From: Camelus ferus
Lineage: Eukaryota
Reading direction: 5' to 3'
NCBI RefSeq assembly: GCF_009834535.1
Contig: NC_045696.1
Span: 9,426,001 to 9,490,000 of the forward strand
DNA: 64,000 nt
Part shown: one piece after another, positions 24,900 through 37,621 of the stretch
Layout: the number at the start of each line of letters is the position of its first letter
Position numbering within the stretch: the stretch's first letter is position 1
Made by a program: the position numbers and the translations under genes
The notes under the pieces: generated by a model
What the model saw: the letters and a program-made list of their open reading frames with translations, nothing else
The model's database searches: none
Told to the model about the DNA's origin: nothing

Positions 24900-25166
24900 G
24901 TCAGCGGAACCCCCTGTGTGGATGGAAATGTTCTGTGTCTGCCCACCCAGTGCACTAGCCCCTGAGCGTCTGAGATGTGGCGGGCATGACTGTGAAGCTG
25001 AATTTTTAATTTTATTTCATCTTAATTAATTTAAATCATGACAAGCAATGGAGCCCTTAAAATGTGGCTAGTGCAACTGAAAAATTGAATTTTTAGTTTT
25101 GTGTGAGATTACTGTATTTTCGTTGAAATAGCCGCATGTGGCGAGTGGCTCCAGACTCGAGCAGCC
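24900..25166 (+). mobile_element. MER3-like hAT MITE with partial internal duplication
   Basis: gatggaaatgttctgtgtctgc ... tgaatttttaattttatttcatcttaattaatttaaat ... aaatgtggctagtgcaactga ... aaatagccgcatgtggcgagtggct. Confidence 0.75.
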
Positions 25167-27170
25167 TGGGTTCCTCAGCCGTGTCCTGAAAGGCTAGGAT
25201 GTGAGCGTTAGCAAGGCCCTAGCGGCTGCTCACTGAGCCCAGAGAGGTTGAGATCGGCCCCACACCACACAGCAAGTTCATGACTAAGCTGAAGTGAGAG
25301 GCCAGGCTCCTTGTTCTCGTCTCAAGCTTTTCCTGCCATGCCTGGCCCTCGCCTTACTCCTCAATATCCACGTCCCTTCTTTAAATGACAACCAGAGTCG
25401 CGGTGTGTGCGGACCTATATGCCTTCAGGAAACACATCTTAGCCCCGCTGACTTCTCCGCTGAATGTGGGTGGACCCCAGGGCTGGTGTGGATGGAGAGG
25501 CTTCAGCTGCATCATCTCGCTCTGCAGGGCAAAGGCGCTCCGCCATCAGGGCGGGTGCACGGGCCCTGGAGGCCATGTCCCACGGCTGCTTGTCCGGGTT
25601 TTCTGTGTGGCCTCTGCTGGTGGGATGAAAGCACCATTAGGCACTGTGCCCGGGCATCCTCAGGAGATACTAGTACTGAGCCCTGTTAGTACAAATGTAT
25701 TTTCTAGCCCATTCCCTAAAAGTGTAAATGCCCATGAGGTTGCCCTTTGCGCCTGTGACTAAGCTAAACCTTAAGAGAATTCAGCATCCAGTCAGGGAGT
25801 CGGGGAGGAGACAGAGGAAGGAGAGCCTTCCAAGGAGGCCCTTGGCCGGGGGCTCCAACGTAGAAGGAGGGCCTCCCAGTAACCAAGCAGCCACGGCGTT
25901 GCTCACAAGCTGCCTGGAATTCTTTCTGCCTCGGCCGGCCCCTTTCTCTCCCCTGGGGGATCCTGGTCAGGGCCACTGCTGGTGCCCTCTTAGCTGTCCC
26001 TTCAGCCAGTCATTCAGGTGAAGCAGGAGTGACCCGCCCTGGACAGGAGGACCCTACCCTTGTATCTGAAGGTCAATGCTCGTGGCTTAGAGGTTAAGAG
26101 CCCCGGATCACCTGGGTTTCAGCCCAGCCCTGTGGCTCCTTCCGTGAGCCTGGGCCACTCACCACCTGCTCTGTGCCTAGTTTGCCCACCTGGAAGATGG
26201 GGGCTCAGAATCACACCCCCTCCCAGGGCTCTGGTGACGATTACGAGTCTATAGGTGGAGGGTGCGTGGGGGGCCCAGCTCAGCTGTCCACCTTCCACAA
26301 ATGGTAATTCTTCTTCACCTGAGAGAGGTCACCTCTCTCCACTGTGAGGGCGGGTGACCTCCAGGTTCCATCCACCTCTGCCCATCAGTGAGAGCTCTCC
26401 ATGCGGGCAGATCTGAGGAGTGTTGCTGGGGTGTGCGCAGATGGCTGCACCAGTGGCCCCAGAGAGTCCCCTTTCCCAGCGGCATCACGTATACATCCTA
26501 GCTTGGCAGAGGGGCGGCTGGTGTATCTGACAGCAGGGTCCCAGGTCCCTGGGGCAGCTGGTCCAGCCCCATGACCCTATCGGAGCTGTCAGGACGCCGG
26601 CTCACAGGCCAGTCCAGACAGCATGTTGGTGATGCTTGCCCGGTGGCCAGTGCAGGCGGGTACAGGTCTGAACCTGTTTGCCAGGTGAGAAGTCAGCACC
26701 TCAGGTGGGAAGAGGACCTGCCTCCTGGGAGCCCGATCACACCCCCTTGTTTCTCTTCCGCAGCACCGGCTGCCACGGTGGCTCCAATGCCAGCACCCAC
26801 CTGCAGAGCCTGGCCCCCAGATGCTGGAGTTTGTGATGAGTACATGGGTTATATACACTCATTGCAGAGTCAGTAACTTGCTAAAAGGTCAAACTCAGCT
26901 TGATCAGAACACAGCATTACTAGGATTCTACTCCTCCTGCAGCTGGTGCTCCAGTATTTCCCCCCATGATCAGGGAAGAGTCTTAGAGTACTTTCTTAGA
27001 GCTTAAAAACTGGGGAATTTTGCCTCCCCCTCTTTTCTGGTCTCCCAGCACACTCAGAGAAGGCACATGGCCTTGGTGACTTTCTCCAGCCATTTACTCA
27101 GCACCTGCTGTGTGTGGTCCCCATAGCAAGGGGGCCACACGGATGTGCTTAAGTAAAAGCTTGTATGGTG

Positions 27171-27347
27171 TTTTTTGTTTGTTTTTAACTGAAGCACAGT
27201 CAGTTTACAATGTTGTTCATTTCTGGTGTACAGCATGTGTGATTCAGTTATATATATATATATATGTCTGTGTATATATATATACATCCCTTTTCATATT
27301 CTTTTCCATTATAGGCTATTACAAGGTATTGAGTATAGTTCCCTGTG
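27171..27347 (-). mobile_element. Short L1 3' end
   Basis: tttttaactgaagcacagtcagtttacaatgttg...ttcttttccattataggctattacaaggtattgagtatagttccctgtg, homologous to the L1 end at 55170. Confidence 0.85.
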
Positions 27348-27404
27348 TCAGTGTTTATCCTGTGCCAGGTGCCGTTGCACCTGCTTAGAAAGGCAGATGT
27401 CATC

Positions 27405-27565
27405 CTCACACAAACCCTGTGAGGGAGATGCTGTTATTGCCCCATTTTATGGATGGAGTAACTGAGGTACACTCATTGCTGCACAGCTAAGTTGGGGTTG
27501 GGGTTGGAGCAGGATTTGAACGCAGGCTGTCTTATCCCAGAGTCCTAGTTCTTAACCACTACCTC
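27405..27565 (-). mobile_element. MIR
   Basis: aaccctgtgagg...cccattttatggatggagtaactgagg...ggatttgaacgcaggc...tcttaaccacta. Confidence 0.7.
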
Positions 27566-28937
27566 CCACCCCCTACTGCCTCTCTGCTCCGGTCCCTCGC
27601 CTTAGTTCGATGCCAGCATCCCTGGGAGGTCTACACTTGTTGCATGAAGACACTGAGGCCTGCAGAGTTCACGTGCAGGCAGTAGCCAGCCTGGGGTTCA
27701 GACGCCACACCCAAGGCTCTGACTCCAAACGCTGCTCCAGCCTGTGCCCCTGGGGGCATTGCCATCCTAGCCCCTGGATTCTGCCTTGCCCCGCATCTGT
27801 CAAGGGCAAGTAACTGACTTGAGGGGGCTCCAGGCTCCCCTAGGGGCACCTCCTTGCTCCTCTTCCGTGGAACATTCTCGTATTTCTTTTTTAGCTGTGT
27901 CTCTGACTACAAAATTGTTCTATGTTCCCACACACATGTTGACTGGTTCTGTTTCCTCCAGCCTGTTTCCTCCAGACAGTTCACATCCTTTGCCTATTCA
28001 GCTGCTAGACTGTTTGAGGCAGGTCCACTGTCCGACTCAAGGGTCAGGACAGAAACTCTTCTCATCTCATCAATCTGTGTGGAACATCTTTACCCCTTTT
28101 CTGTCCTGCAACAATTCTGAAAATAATCACGTGCCCCTAATGTGGAGTAAGAGGATCAGAATGCAGACGTTGTTCATCCCCCAGCCCTCCAGCCTCACGA
28201 TGAAACAAAAGTGTAAACTGGCAGTTTTTTCCCTACACATATTCTACAAGCATGACTGCCTAGGGAAGTGGTCATCCAGGGCACAAGCCAGTCCTCTAGT
28301 CTGAACACCGGTTCTTTGAGGGCAGGGCTCTTCCTGATTCACCCTGCACCCTTTTTGGGACCTAGCATGAGGGGATCTGTGATACATGTCTGTCACATGT
28401 AATTGATGGGAAGCCCCAGGAATACAGAACTTCCACGAAGAGAACATCCATGGCGGTTTTCTTCTCAGTTTTCTGGACATTTTCTCCAATGGTGTATTTA
28501 CTAGACCTATTTCCTACTCTGAAAACCATGCATATCTTTTCTCCACGTCCCAGTTGTCTCCGCAGCCAGAGGACCCCTCAGCCGACCGTCAGACTCACTG
28601 AGGCCCGGGTCCTCCATCTCTAGGAAGCTCTGTGTCCGCGCCTCTAAAACCCAGACGGTTATTCCAACTCCGGCAGCTCCGTCCCTGCCTAAGAGGGAGG
28701 CCGTCTGGACTCGTGCGTGAGAACACTTCACCTTCTTAGTAGGAGCACAGGAGGGCGGAAACACTGGCTCGCCCAGCATCCCTTCATAACTTCCATAAGA
28801 GGAGGCTTGTGTTTCTGGGTGGCACCTCAGCCAAATCTTATTCCTAACAATTGAGTTATTTTACAATTGGTGATGATGCATCTGGGACCAGCCAAGCAAG
28901 GAGGGGCTTTGCATGTGGTAAAAATAGGTTGTGCCTT

Positions 28938-29529
28938 TGTTGCCGGAGAACAATAGGTTCTTTCTTGTCTGGAGCAGGAAAGAATTCAAGAGCGAGGTAC
29001 AGTCAAGTGAAAGCAAGCTTAGAGAGATACACACTCCATAGACAGAGTTGGGGCCATCTCACTCAGAAAGGAAAGCGACTGAGGAGGCACTCACTCCAGA
29101 GGCAGGATGCGGGCCATCTCAAAAGGCGATAGGGAGAGAGGCCGAGCGGTGTTGGGTGTTTAAAGCAAAAGCAGATACAGCCTCCATAGGCAGAGTGCGG
29201 GCCGTCTCAGAAGTCAAGAGAGTGACTGTGAGGTGCAGAGCTGTTCGTTTTTATGGGCTCGGTAATTCCACATGCTAACGAGTGGGAAGATTATTCCAAC
29301 TATGTTGGGGAAGGGGGAGGACTTCCAGGAAATGCCCACCTCCCTCGCCTGCTTTTTGACCTTTTCTGGTCAGCCTAGGAACTGTCCTGGTGCCTGTGGG
29401 TGTACCGTGAGGCTCAAGGTCCACTGGAAGTCAGACCTTCTGCCACCTTGGCTCTAACCAGTGTGTCCTGTCCTCAATGGCTGTGCCATTCCTTCAGTGC
29501 TCGTGCCCTGCCCCCCTCCCTCCGTCTCA
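28938..29529 (-). mobile_element. Solo ERV1-class LTR (cetartiodactyl type)
   Basis: Minus strand starts tgagacggagggaggggggcagggcac and ends ...ggcaaca. Exact 4-bp TSD CCTT (28934-28937 / 29530-29533). Three internal 28-bp repeats. Confidence 0.88.
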
Positions 29530-32500
29530 CCTTGGCCAACGGTTGGTTATAGGCACTCTGTTAGCACTTGGTTGTTGGGCTAATTAGCATTATGTCGAAA
29601 CCCAGGAAATTGCTCATATTTGAGCATCTTTGACCTAAAAATATTGGTGCTTTACTGTTAGGCGTCCCTCCATGATCAGGTTTCTTGTATGAAACCGTTT
29701 CATAGTGAACTTCTCCAAACTAAAGCAGGATTGAAGTCATCATCTGAAGTCCCAGTCTGTGTAAACTTGGGTTAAATTTTACTGAAATGTAAGTGATGAA
29801 AGATTTAGCTCATTACAGAGGGAGGGCCAACCCACGTGTATTTGCAGTCATGTCCGGCGTTGGTGCAGTACTGAGCTCATGGGTGTTCTGTGTAGCGAAG
29901 CCCTCATGGCTGCTCAGAGCCCAGAGCGGGTCCATCTTCATGCTTCCATATGCACTTAAAAGGAATAGCACCCCAGTCCCTTCCCACATCCTCCTGGTGC
30001 TCCAATTAAGTCAGGCCATTGAGGTTTCCTGTGATTGTAGATTGATGTCTCCCAATAAGCCCTAGGGTACGTGGAAATCATATAGGAAAATCTGGTCAAG
30101 GACAAGATGGCCTGAGCCAAGAAATGTTTCTTCTTGGAATCAGGAAACACAAGTCACAGACAATTAGGTTCTGTTCACTTTTTAAGACCACACAAATCAA
30201 CACGGGTCCTTGATAAATGGCTGTGTCCGTGTAGACTGTGAGCCCTGCTGTAGAGCAATGATAGGCACCTAGATGGTCCCAGAAAGGTGGCTCGGATGGA
30301 AAAGGAGATCAGGGATTCGGTGGGTGTGCATGGGAACAAACCGTCCCATTGTGTTGATGTGTTGTCTAATCCTGGTGCTGGGAAAACAGGATTTACCCCT
30401 CCCCCTCCCACTTAAACTTTAATCACCTCCCGATTCTGGTGTTGTATTCAGAGAGCAGCAGCCTAAATACTGATCCTTGGGTTTTATCAAATCTTTTTTT
30501 AGCCAGTCAATCAGCAGGCAGCGCCAACCGGCTGTGGCCCTGTGCTTGGGTGCTGTCACCCTGAAATAAGGAAGGCAGTTTTATTTGGGGAGGGGGCCTG
30601 AGTCCAGCAAGAGAGCTACCTGCAGATGGGGCCAGAGGGGGTGTCCCTGACCGGTCCTGATGCCCAGGTGCCCTGCGAGGCTGGGAGCTACCCCTGCCCC
30701 ACCAGTGGCCCCCAAGAGCAGAACTTAACTCCAGAATGAAAGTTCAAACATTGGGGTGAATGAGGGTTATTTTCTCAGGTTTTCTAGCTCCCCATCATTT
30801 TTTTCGTCTCTCTAAAAAGGAAGACTTGGTCAAGATGGTGGGCCTGGAAAGTCTGACAGGGTGCGAGGGGGTGGGAGCGCTTCCCCATCCCATGCAACGA
30901 CATTTTTACAGCTCAAATCCTGGCCGCGCTTCCGTTTGCTATGCAACCATGCATGTTGCAGCGGGGACAGGGGTGGGGGAAGGAGGGGTGATGGGGGTCA
31001 GATTAGATGGTGGCTCTTTCTGCCAACTCGCATAAACTGCTGGCCAGTTGGATATTTGCCTGCTAATCAAAAAATCCAATTTGTGGGGATCTGGACCCCT
31101 TTAGGTAGATCAATTAATTGAATTGGAATTTAGTGGCATTTATTTATTTATCTATCTATTTTCAGTTAACTGAAAATTTTTTTTTCCTTTTCAGTTTTAT
31201 TAGGTAGAATTACTACAGTAAAGCTGCATACATACATTCTATTGCATGTAACCACATACACACAGTACACTGCACATTTCCTTTTAGTTTACATGTATGT
31301 TACTGACCATTGCTTCTAAGAACAAATTAGAGCTTTAGCTTTTTAAACTTTTCAGTGCTTTCAAATGACTTAAGCTGTTTGGTCTCAGAGTCATTGTGTT
31401 TGAAGCCCAGCTTCAATTTCTGTCCCTTGGCTCATACCCACCAGGGGTTCCCTGGTGCGGAGCCCCTCAGCACCCCTCCAGCAGCTGGCGCGCCCCTCCT
31501 CGGGCTCCTGGTCTGCACCACAGGGCTCTGTGCCTGCTCTTCCCTTCGCCCAGAAAGCTAGATCTGGCTTCCTCACCCGCTTTGGGTCTTGGCTCAAATG
31601 TCACCTTCTCAGGGGGCAGGACCCTGGCCATCCTATTTCAGCTGCACCCTGTCCCCTGGACCTTCTGTCCCCCACTTTGTCCCCACAAGACCCGCGGTGG
31701 GTCTCACTATTTATTGTCTGCCTCTTCCTACCCAACTCTGAACTGCATGCGGGCGGGGTTTTTTCTCCTTTTGTTCACGCTGTATCTACGTTCCCAGGTC
31801 CGAGGGCTGTGCCCGGTACACAGTAGGGGCTAAATCAGTACCTACCAAACTAGGGAACAGATCCCTTCTGACAGATCTCCAGTGGCGCAGCATCCTGGAG
31901 GTGGGCGCGGGACTCGGCTCTCTCTTGATTCTCTACTCTTCGTAAGGAGAAAGCTTTTGTTTCCTGGTTTCTTCTGAACACCGCACAGGTATCACCTTGG
32001 ACGTGCATTATATGGGCGCAGCTTGATGGGTTTTTACTAAATAAACAAATCCTTATCGCCCCCAGATCATAACAGAGAATAGTATTGTGCCCAGAAATTT
32101 CTAGCCCAACCAAATCCAATCATTGTGGTCACTTTATGCTACAGCTGTCATTGGCCAGATGATCTTTATGTTTTAACAAGGACACGGTTTTACTTCTCCA
32201 GGAGATTTCTAGCTTCTCAAGTGCAGGAGAGGTGTCTTCTAGTCCTTCTGTAACCTTCCTCTGCAGCCTCGCCCAGGGACAGATCAGCCATAGGAAGAAG
32301 CGTTGGCTAAAATCCCAGTGGCCTGGAATATTGCAGCCCCGTAGGGTACTAGGTGAGGAGCAGGTGCTGGATGAGGGGGAGATTTGTTAACATGAAAAAA
32401 ATGTGTGTCAGAATAATGCAGAGATAAGACTCCACCGAAGAGATGCAATTTAGAAAGGGAATTCAGAACAATTTTCCTTCCGTTTCCAGTTCTCATTCTG

Positions 32501-33039
32501 ATTTAGAGGAGTCCTAAGATTGGTATCCTGTGAGGCGTGCTCACCAGACAGCCATTCAGTCGTTCACCTGTTCGTCCAGCTGACATTTACTGAATGCTTC
32601 TGGCGGTGTCCTTAGCCTCGGGGGAACCAGAACCTTGCCTTTGCCGTCAGGGGAGGTGCATTTTCACAGCAGAGACAGATGATATGTTTAAATGTCTTGG
32701 TGATAGTTTATGATTAGCGCCCCGAGTGAGGCACCTGAGGAGCCGTGAGGAAGGAGAACAGGAGAGATTTAATGGGAGCCCGGAAGGTTCTCTGACGAGG
32801 TGACATACAAACTGAGATCTCAGGGGTGTTGAGAGCCTGGTAAGATCCAGATAGGGGGTGGCTGGTGCAGAGGCCTCAGAAGAACGAGCGTGGGGTATTC
32901 ACGCAGGAAGCCGGTGTGAGTAGGAAGTAAGAAACAAAGGGAAGATGGGTAAGCATTGAAAGGTGTTCTCCAGACTTAGGTCTTAGTCGGGGTTCTGCAG
33001 AGAAACAGAACTGAGAGGAGAGATGTACAACTACATCTA

Positions 33040-33506
33040 CAGGTCGACCTCAGACACAGTGTGGGTCCCAGACCACAGCTATAAAGCCAGTTATTGCAAT
33101 AAAGTGAGCCACACGAATTTCTGGGTTTCCCAGAGCACATAAAAGTTATGTTCACGCTATACTGTAGCCTATTAAGTGTACAATAGCATTATGTCTACAA
33201 ATACATTGGATATAACTTAATTAAAAAGTAGTTTATTCCAAAAAAATGCTAACCAGCATCTGAGCCTTCAGTGCGTCTTATAGTAACATCAAATATCACT
33301 CACCACAGATCACCATAACAAGCGTCATAGTAATGAAAAAGTCTGAAATGTTTCAAGAATTACCAACAGGTGGTGCAGGGACACAAAATGAGCAAACGCT
33401 GTTGGAAAAATGGCACCGATAGACCGGCCTGAGGCAGGGTTGCCACAAGCCTTCAATTTATTAAAAACGCAGTGTCTTCAAAATGCAATAAAACGAGGTA
33501 TTCCTG
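33040..33506 (-). mobile_element. Tigger1-derived non-autonomous DNA transposon (internal deletion derivative)
   Basis: Terminal inverted repeats caggtcgacctc / gaggtattcctg with TA on the left. Both Tigger1 ends are recognisable (ccagaccac..gcaataaagtgagccacacgaattt; gctgttggaaaaatggcaccgatagac...gcagggttgccacaagccttcaattt). No transposase. Confidence 0.88.
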
Positions 33507-33791
33507 TGCTTGTGTGTCTATATGTGTCCATCTATGTACACAAGCAAAACGGAGTTCCGTATTCACAGATGCAGATATAAAGAGCTCTGCCCAGATGTCA
33601 GTTCCTCAGAGAGCTTCCTTGAATCTCTAGCTAAAGCAGCGCACTGTCCCTGCCCCTTCCCATCTGTCCTCACAGTTGTCTTCAAACGAGCATGTAAAAT
33701 TTTAAAACACTGCCCTTTCAGCATATGAAACTGGTATCCACTGAATGCATATCAAAGTGTGACCCTCGGATAATGGATACAGCTTGCTTTT

Positions 33792-34016
33792 TATTTTATT
33801 TTATTTTATTTTATTTTATTTTATTTTATTGAGTTATAGTCAGTTTACAATGTTGTGTTAATTACCAGTGTAGCGCACAATTTTTCAGTCATATATATTC
33901 ATACATATATTCATTGTCACATTCTTTTTCATCGTGAGCTCCCACAAGATCTTGTATGTATTTCCCTGTGCTGTACAGTATAATCTTGTTTATCTATTCT
34001 ATATACACCTGTCAGA
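33792..34016 (-). mobile_element. Short lineage-specific L1 3' end with (TTTTA)n tail and TSD
   Basis: Homologous to 52564-52806. TSD gatacagcttgctttt (33776-33791) / gatacttcttgctttt (34017-34032). Confidence 0.88.
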
Positions 34017-35026
34017 GATACTTCTTGCTTTTAGTTCCTAATGTCACACATTTGTATGGGGCTGTAGGGGCTAGTAGTCAGTGTGCATTTAGTTTTGTCA
34101 TTTGGATTCAGGATACTCTGATGAATCCTCTCATGAAAGTCAGACTTAGAAAACGTACAGATTTCTTTTCGAAAAGACTTTGTCCCCCAGGCAAGCAGTT
34201 ACTTGCTTCTGCAATGGTTTGAAGGAGCTTGACCTGTGAGCATTTTTTAAAAATTTGTAAGCACATGAGCCAAAGTTAAAAACAACTTATGATCTCTTCG
34301 GGATTTATCTCCTTTGGACTGATGTCCTCTGCACCCTTTGTAATTTTCCCCTGGCCTGTCCCTCATTACACCGTCTCACCTAGCAATTTGATGAAAATCT
34401 TAATTGGTGTCAATATCAACAGGACGATCTTTCGTAGGGGAATGTAATTTTCCACTGCAGTCAGCGATGACAGAAGAGGAGGTCAGTAAAAGAAAACCTT
34501 TTGCAAGAAGGCTGTATTTGCGGAGTTTTTCACAAGAACACACTGTAATTATGAAGTTTTATTTTTACCAAATACAATTTTTTTTTAACCATAGTAACGT
34601 CTGTTGTCTTAGATTTGGTAGAAACACTAGGAAAGAGAAATACTCTGAAGGCTTGTTTTGGACCATCATTTTGCCATGAGATTGTTGGGTGCTACCTGAG
34701 TCTCTGACTTCCCCTTTGGATTACTAATGTCTTCTGAGGGCCAGGGAGGGGTACGAATAGTCTTTGAAATGAGGTGTGACTTCTCCACATCTGGAATACG
34801 GGCAAGAGTTAACCTAAAAAAATTGTTGCCTGGTGGCAGGTGGCAGACTGGGCTCTTGGAGGGCTCTTGCCAGCTGTCTCTGGTCAGCCCCGTCCTCAGA
34901 ATCCACACAGGAGCTGGAGACGCAGGGCCCTAGAGCAGGAAGCTCAAAGGAAAGCTGTCCTGTGGTAACTGGGAGTAAACAGCTGGCTCTGGGTTAGACT
35001 TCTTAACCTGTTTAGCTTGGTGCGCA

Positions 35027-35058
35027 TGTGTGTGTGTGTGTCTGTCTGTGTGTGTGTA
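35027..35058 (+). repeat. Interrupted (TG)n microsatellite
   Basis: Read directly from the sequence. Confidence 0.85.
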
Positions 35059-35180
35059 GAGTTTGAATTTTTAATGGTCAGCCTTCAGGAGTCTGTGGTG
35101 GCTGATCTGGTCACAAGATCTCCAAAAATTGGGGTTAAGTTTATCAACCTACAGAGATTTAAAACAACATAGAGGCTCTT

Positions 35181-35557
35181 TGTATTAGTTTTCCATGGCT
35201 GCCATATCAAAGTTCCACAGACTGGGCAGCTTACACGTCACAGCTTATTTTCTTACAGTTCCGGAGGCTCTAAGTCCAAGAGTGAGATGTTGGCAGGCTT
35301 GGTTTCTCCTGAGGCCTTGCTCCATGGCTTGTAGACGGCTGCTTCTTGCCGGGTCGTCCCTCTGTGCGTGTCTGTACCCTAATTCCCTCTTCTTACGAGG
35401 ACATCAATCAGATCGGATTAGAGCCTGCCCCAAGGACCTCGTTGTACCGTATCTCCTCTTAAAGTCCCTGTCTCCAAATACAGTCACATTCTGAGGTCTA
35501 GGGGTTTCGGGCTTCAACATACGAATTTGGGGGTGGGTCACAGGTCAGCCCATAACA
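35181..35557 (-). mobile_element. MaLR LTR (MLT1B/C-like)
   Basis: tgtattagttttccatggctgcc...cagttccggaggct..aagtccaag...tctccaaatacagtcacattctgagg...cagcccataaca. Flanks ctctt/ctatt. Confidence 0.85.
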
Positions 35558-35584
35558 CTATTGGTATAATCTTAGCCCTCCAGC

Positions 35585-35946
35585 TGAAACAGAGTAGAAT
35601 GGTGGTTATCACGGGTTGTGGGGGGTGGGGAAGATGGGGAGATGTTGGTCAAATGGTACACACTTTCAGTTTTAAGGTGAATGTAAGTTCTGGAGACCTA
35701 ATGTACAGCATGGTGAGAATAGCTGATAATCCTGAGCTGTATACTTGAGATTGGCTAAGACAGCAGATCGTAAATGTTCTCACCACACACATGGAAAAAA
35801 GGGGTAACGTGTGAAGTGATGGATGTATTAATTAGCTTGACTGTCGTAGTCATTTCACACTGTGTGTATGTCAATCCATCATGTTGTGCACCTTAAATAT
35901 GTACAACTTCTGCGGTCAATTAAACCTCAGTAAAGCTGGGGGGAAG
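35585..35946 (+). mobile_element. L1 (L1MA9/10-like) 3'UTR fragment
   Basis: aacagagtagaatggtggtt...ggggagatgttggtcaa...aagttctggagacctaatgtacagcatggtg...catcatgttgtgcaccttaaat...cctcagtaaagctggggg. Confidence 0.85.
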
Positions 35947-36049
35947 AATCTGCAGGAATTTATTAGCACCGTGGTTCCTAAAACAAGCAAGAGGTGTTCT
36001 CCCTTTGATGCTCTAAAATGGCAGCCACCCGACTCCTTTCCCCAAGCCT

Positions 36050-36750
36050 CACGTCCAGCCCAGGTGCAGGGTCTTCGGGTGTCTTGTCAGAAGATGCTCT
36101 GAGTTCACCTGCCCTCCAGCTCCTACTCCCTCATCTAACCCAGGATCGTTGATTCCCTGGATTATTGCAATGGCCTCCGAATCCTCGCCTCTACCTTTGC
36201 CCCCTGCTAGAACTCCAGCTCTCCACATAGCAGCCAGTGGTGTTTTTAAAACAGAAGTCCAATCCGGTCACTCTCTTCGCTCAGAATTCTCCAGCTGCAT
36301 CCCAGCACAGGCAGCACAAGCTCCAGAATGCTTTTCTGGGCCCGTGAAGTTGTCCATGAACTGGCCGCCGTCTGCCTCCCCCCAAGTCTCCACTTGGATC
36401 ATGCCCTTGTTGTGAGTTCTCCAGTGTGCCAAGTACGGTCCCTCCCGCAAAGGTCTGGAACCCTGGAAAATTCTTCCCGATCAACACACGGGGCTTACTC
36501 CCTGTCTTCTAGGTCTCTGCCCAGATGTCACCTCCTCCAGGATCTTCCTTGAGCCCCTGGCTAAACTGGTGCACTGTCCCCCACCCCCTTCCCATCTGTC
36601 CTCACAGTCGCCTTCAGACCCCTTGTCGCTCCCAGACATCCGGGTACATAACTGCTTATTTCCTCTCTATGCTGAAATGGGAGCTTCCTGAAGGCTTCCG
36701 TCCTCCTGACCACTCGTTCCCAGCACCTAGAGCAGTGTCTGCTTGTAAAT
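36050..36750 (+). mobile_element. L2 fragment
   Basis: ctggattattgcaatggcctcc...ctccacatagcagccag...gtctctgcccagatgtcacctcctcca...cccagcacctagagcagtgtctg. Confidence 0.6.
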
Positions 36751-37485
36751 AGGCAGGAGTCGTAACTGAAAATCCGGGGCTCATGGGAACCTGCGGTCAA
36801 AGGCCGAGAAGGCAGAGCGCCTTCGCCAGTGAGCACAGACCCTTTCCCCCCCAATCCTAAGAGGTCACAGGGGGAGACCCGCACTGTTCCCAGTCCCACC
36901 CAGAGCATGCCGCGCCTGGGACCATTCCTTGAGAAATCACCTGCAGGACTAATGACTCACCCAGCTTGCAGGAGAGCAGCCCTGTTGGCATTTTGATAAC
37001 AAAGTCAGAGCTGGGAGGTCACGGGCAGTCTGGTCTCTAATTCTCGGACCTTAAGAGAGTGGTGCCCGCTCTGCAGGAAGGAAGCAGAGCCCCGGGAGCT
37101 GCCCTGCCCACTGTCTTGCTCAGCCGACGTGCAGACCACTGACCCATCTTCCTCACTTATTTTTTTTTCCCATAAATACTCTACTGAAACTGTCATGTGA
37201 GGTATCCTAACTGTGTTTAATATTTTTTAGGTTCTGTAAACAATAGAGACTTTTCATTCTTAGGGATTTTTGTCACATATAATGGGACTGCCGTCTGGGA
37301 ATGGCCACTCCTTTCCTTTGGGGCTCTTGACTTCCGTGATCAGAATTTAGCAAACGGTGTGAGGAGAGTTGGGGGCTTGCGGGGGATGGAATTTCCCCTT
37401 CCTCTTTTCTCCTGTTTGAGAAAACTTTTCAAGTAAGAGGAAGGAGAGGGTATGAATAATACTTTCTCAGATTGAAAAGATCTTT

Positions 37486-37621
37486 TAAAAAAATTTTTTG
37501 TTTTGTTTTGAGGGGAGCTAAATTAGGTTGACTGATTGATTGATGGAGGTGCTGGGGATTGAGCCCAGGACCTGGTGCCTGCTAAGCATGCGCTCTAACA
37601 CTGGGTTATACCCTCCCCTCC
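37486..37621 (-). mobile_element. Camelid tRNA-derived SINE (vic-1-like) with TSD
   Basis: Same head and B-box in reverse. TSD tgaaaagatcttt (37473-37485) / tgaaaagaccttt (37622-37634). Confidence 0.9.

Noticed and set aside
29034..29209. Spaced 28-bp direct repeats resembling a CRISPR array
   Set aside because: Eukaryotic context, only three degenerate units with unequal spacing, lying inside an LTR, and no cas genes.
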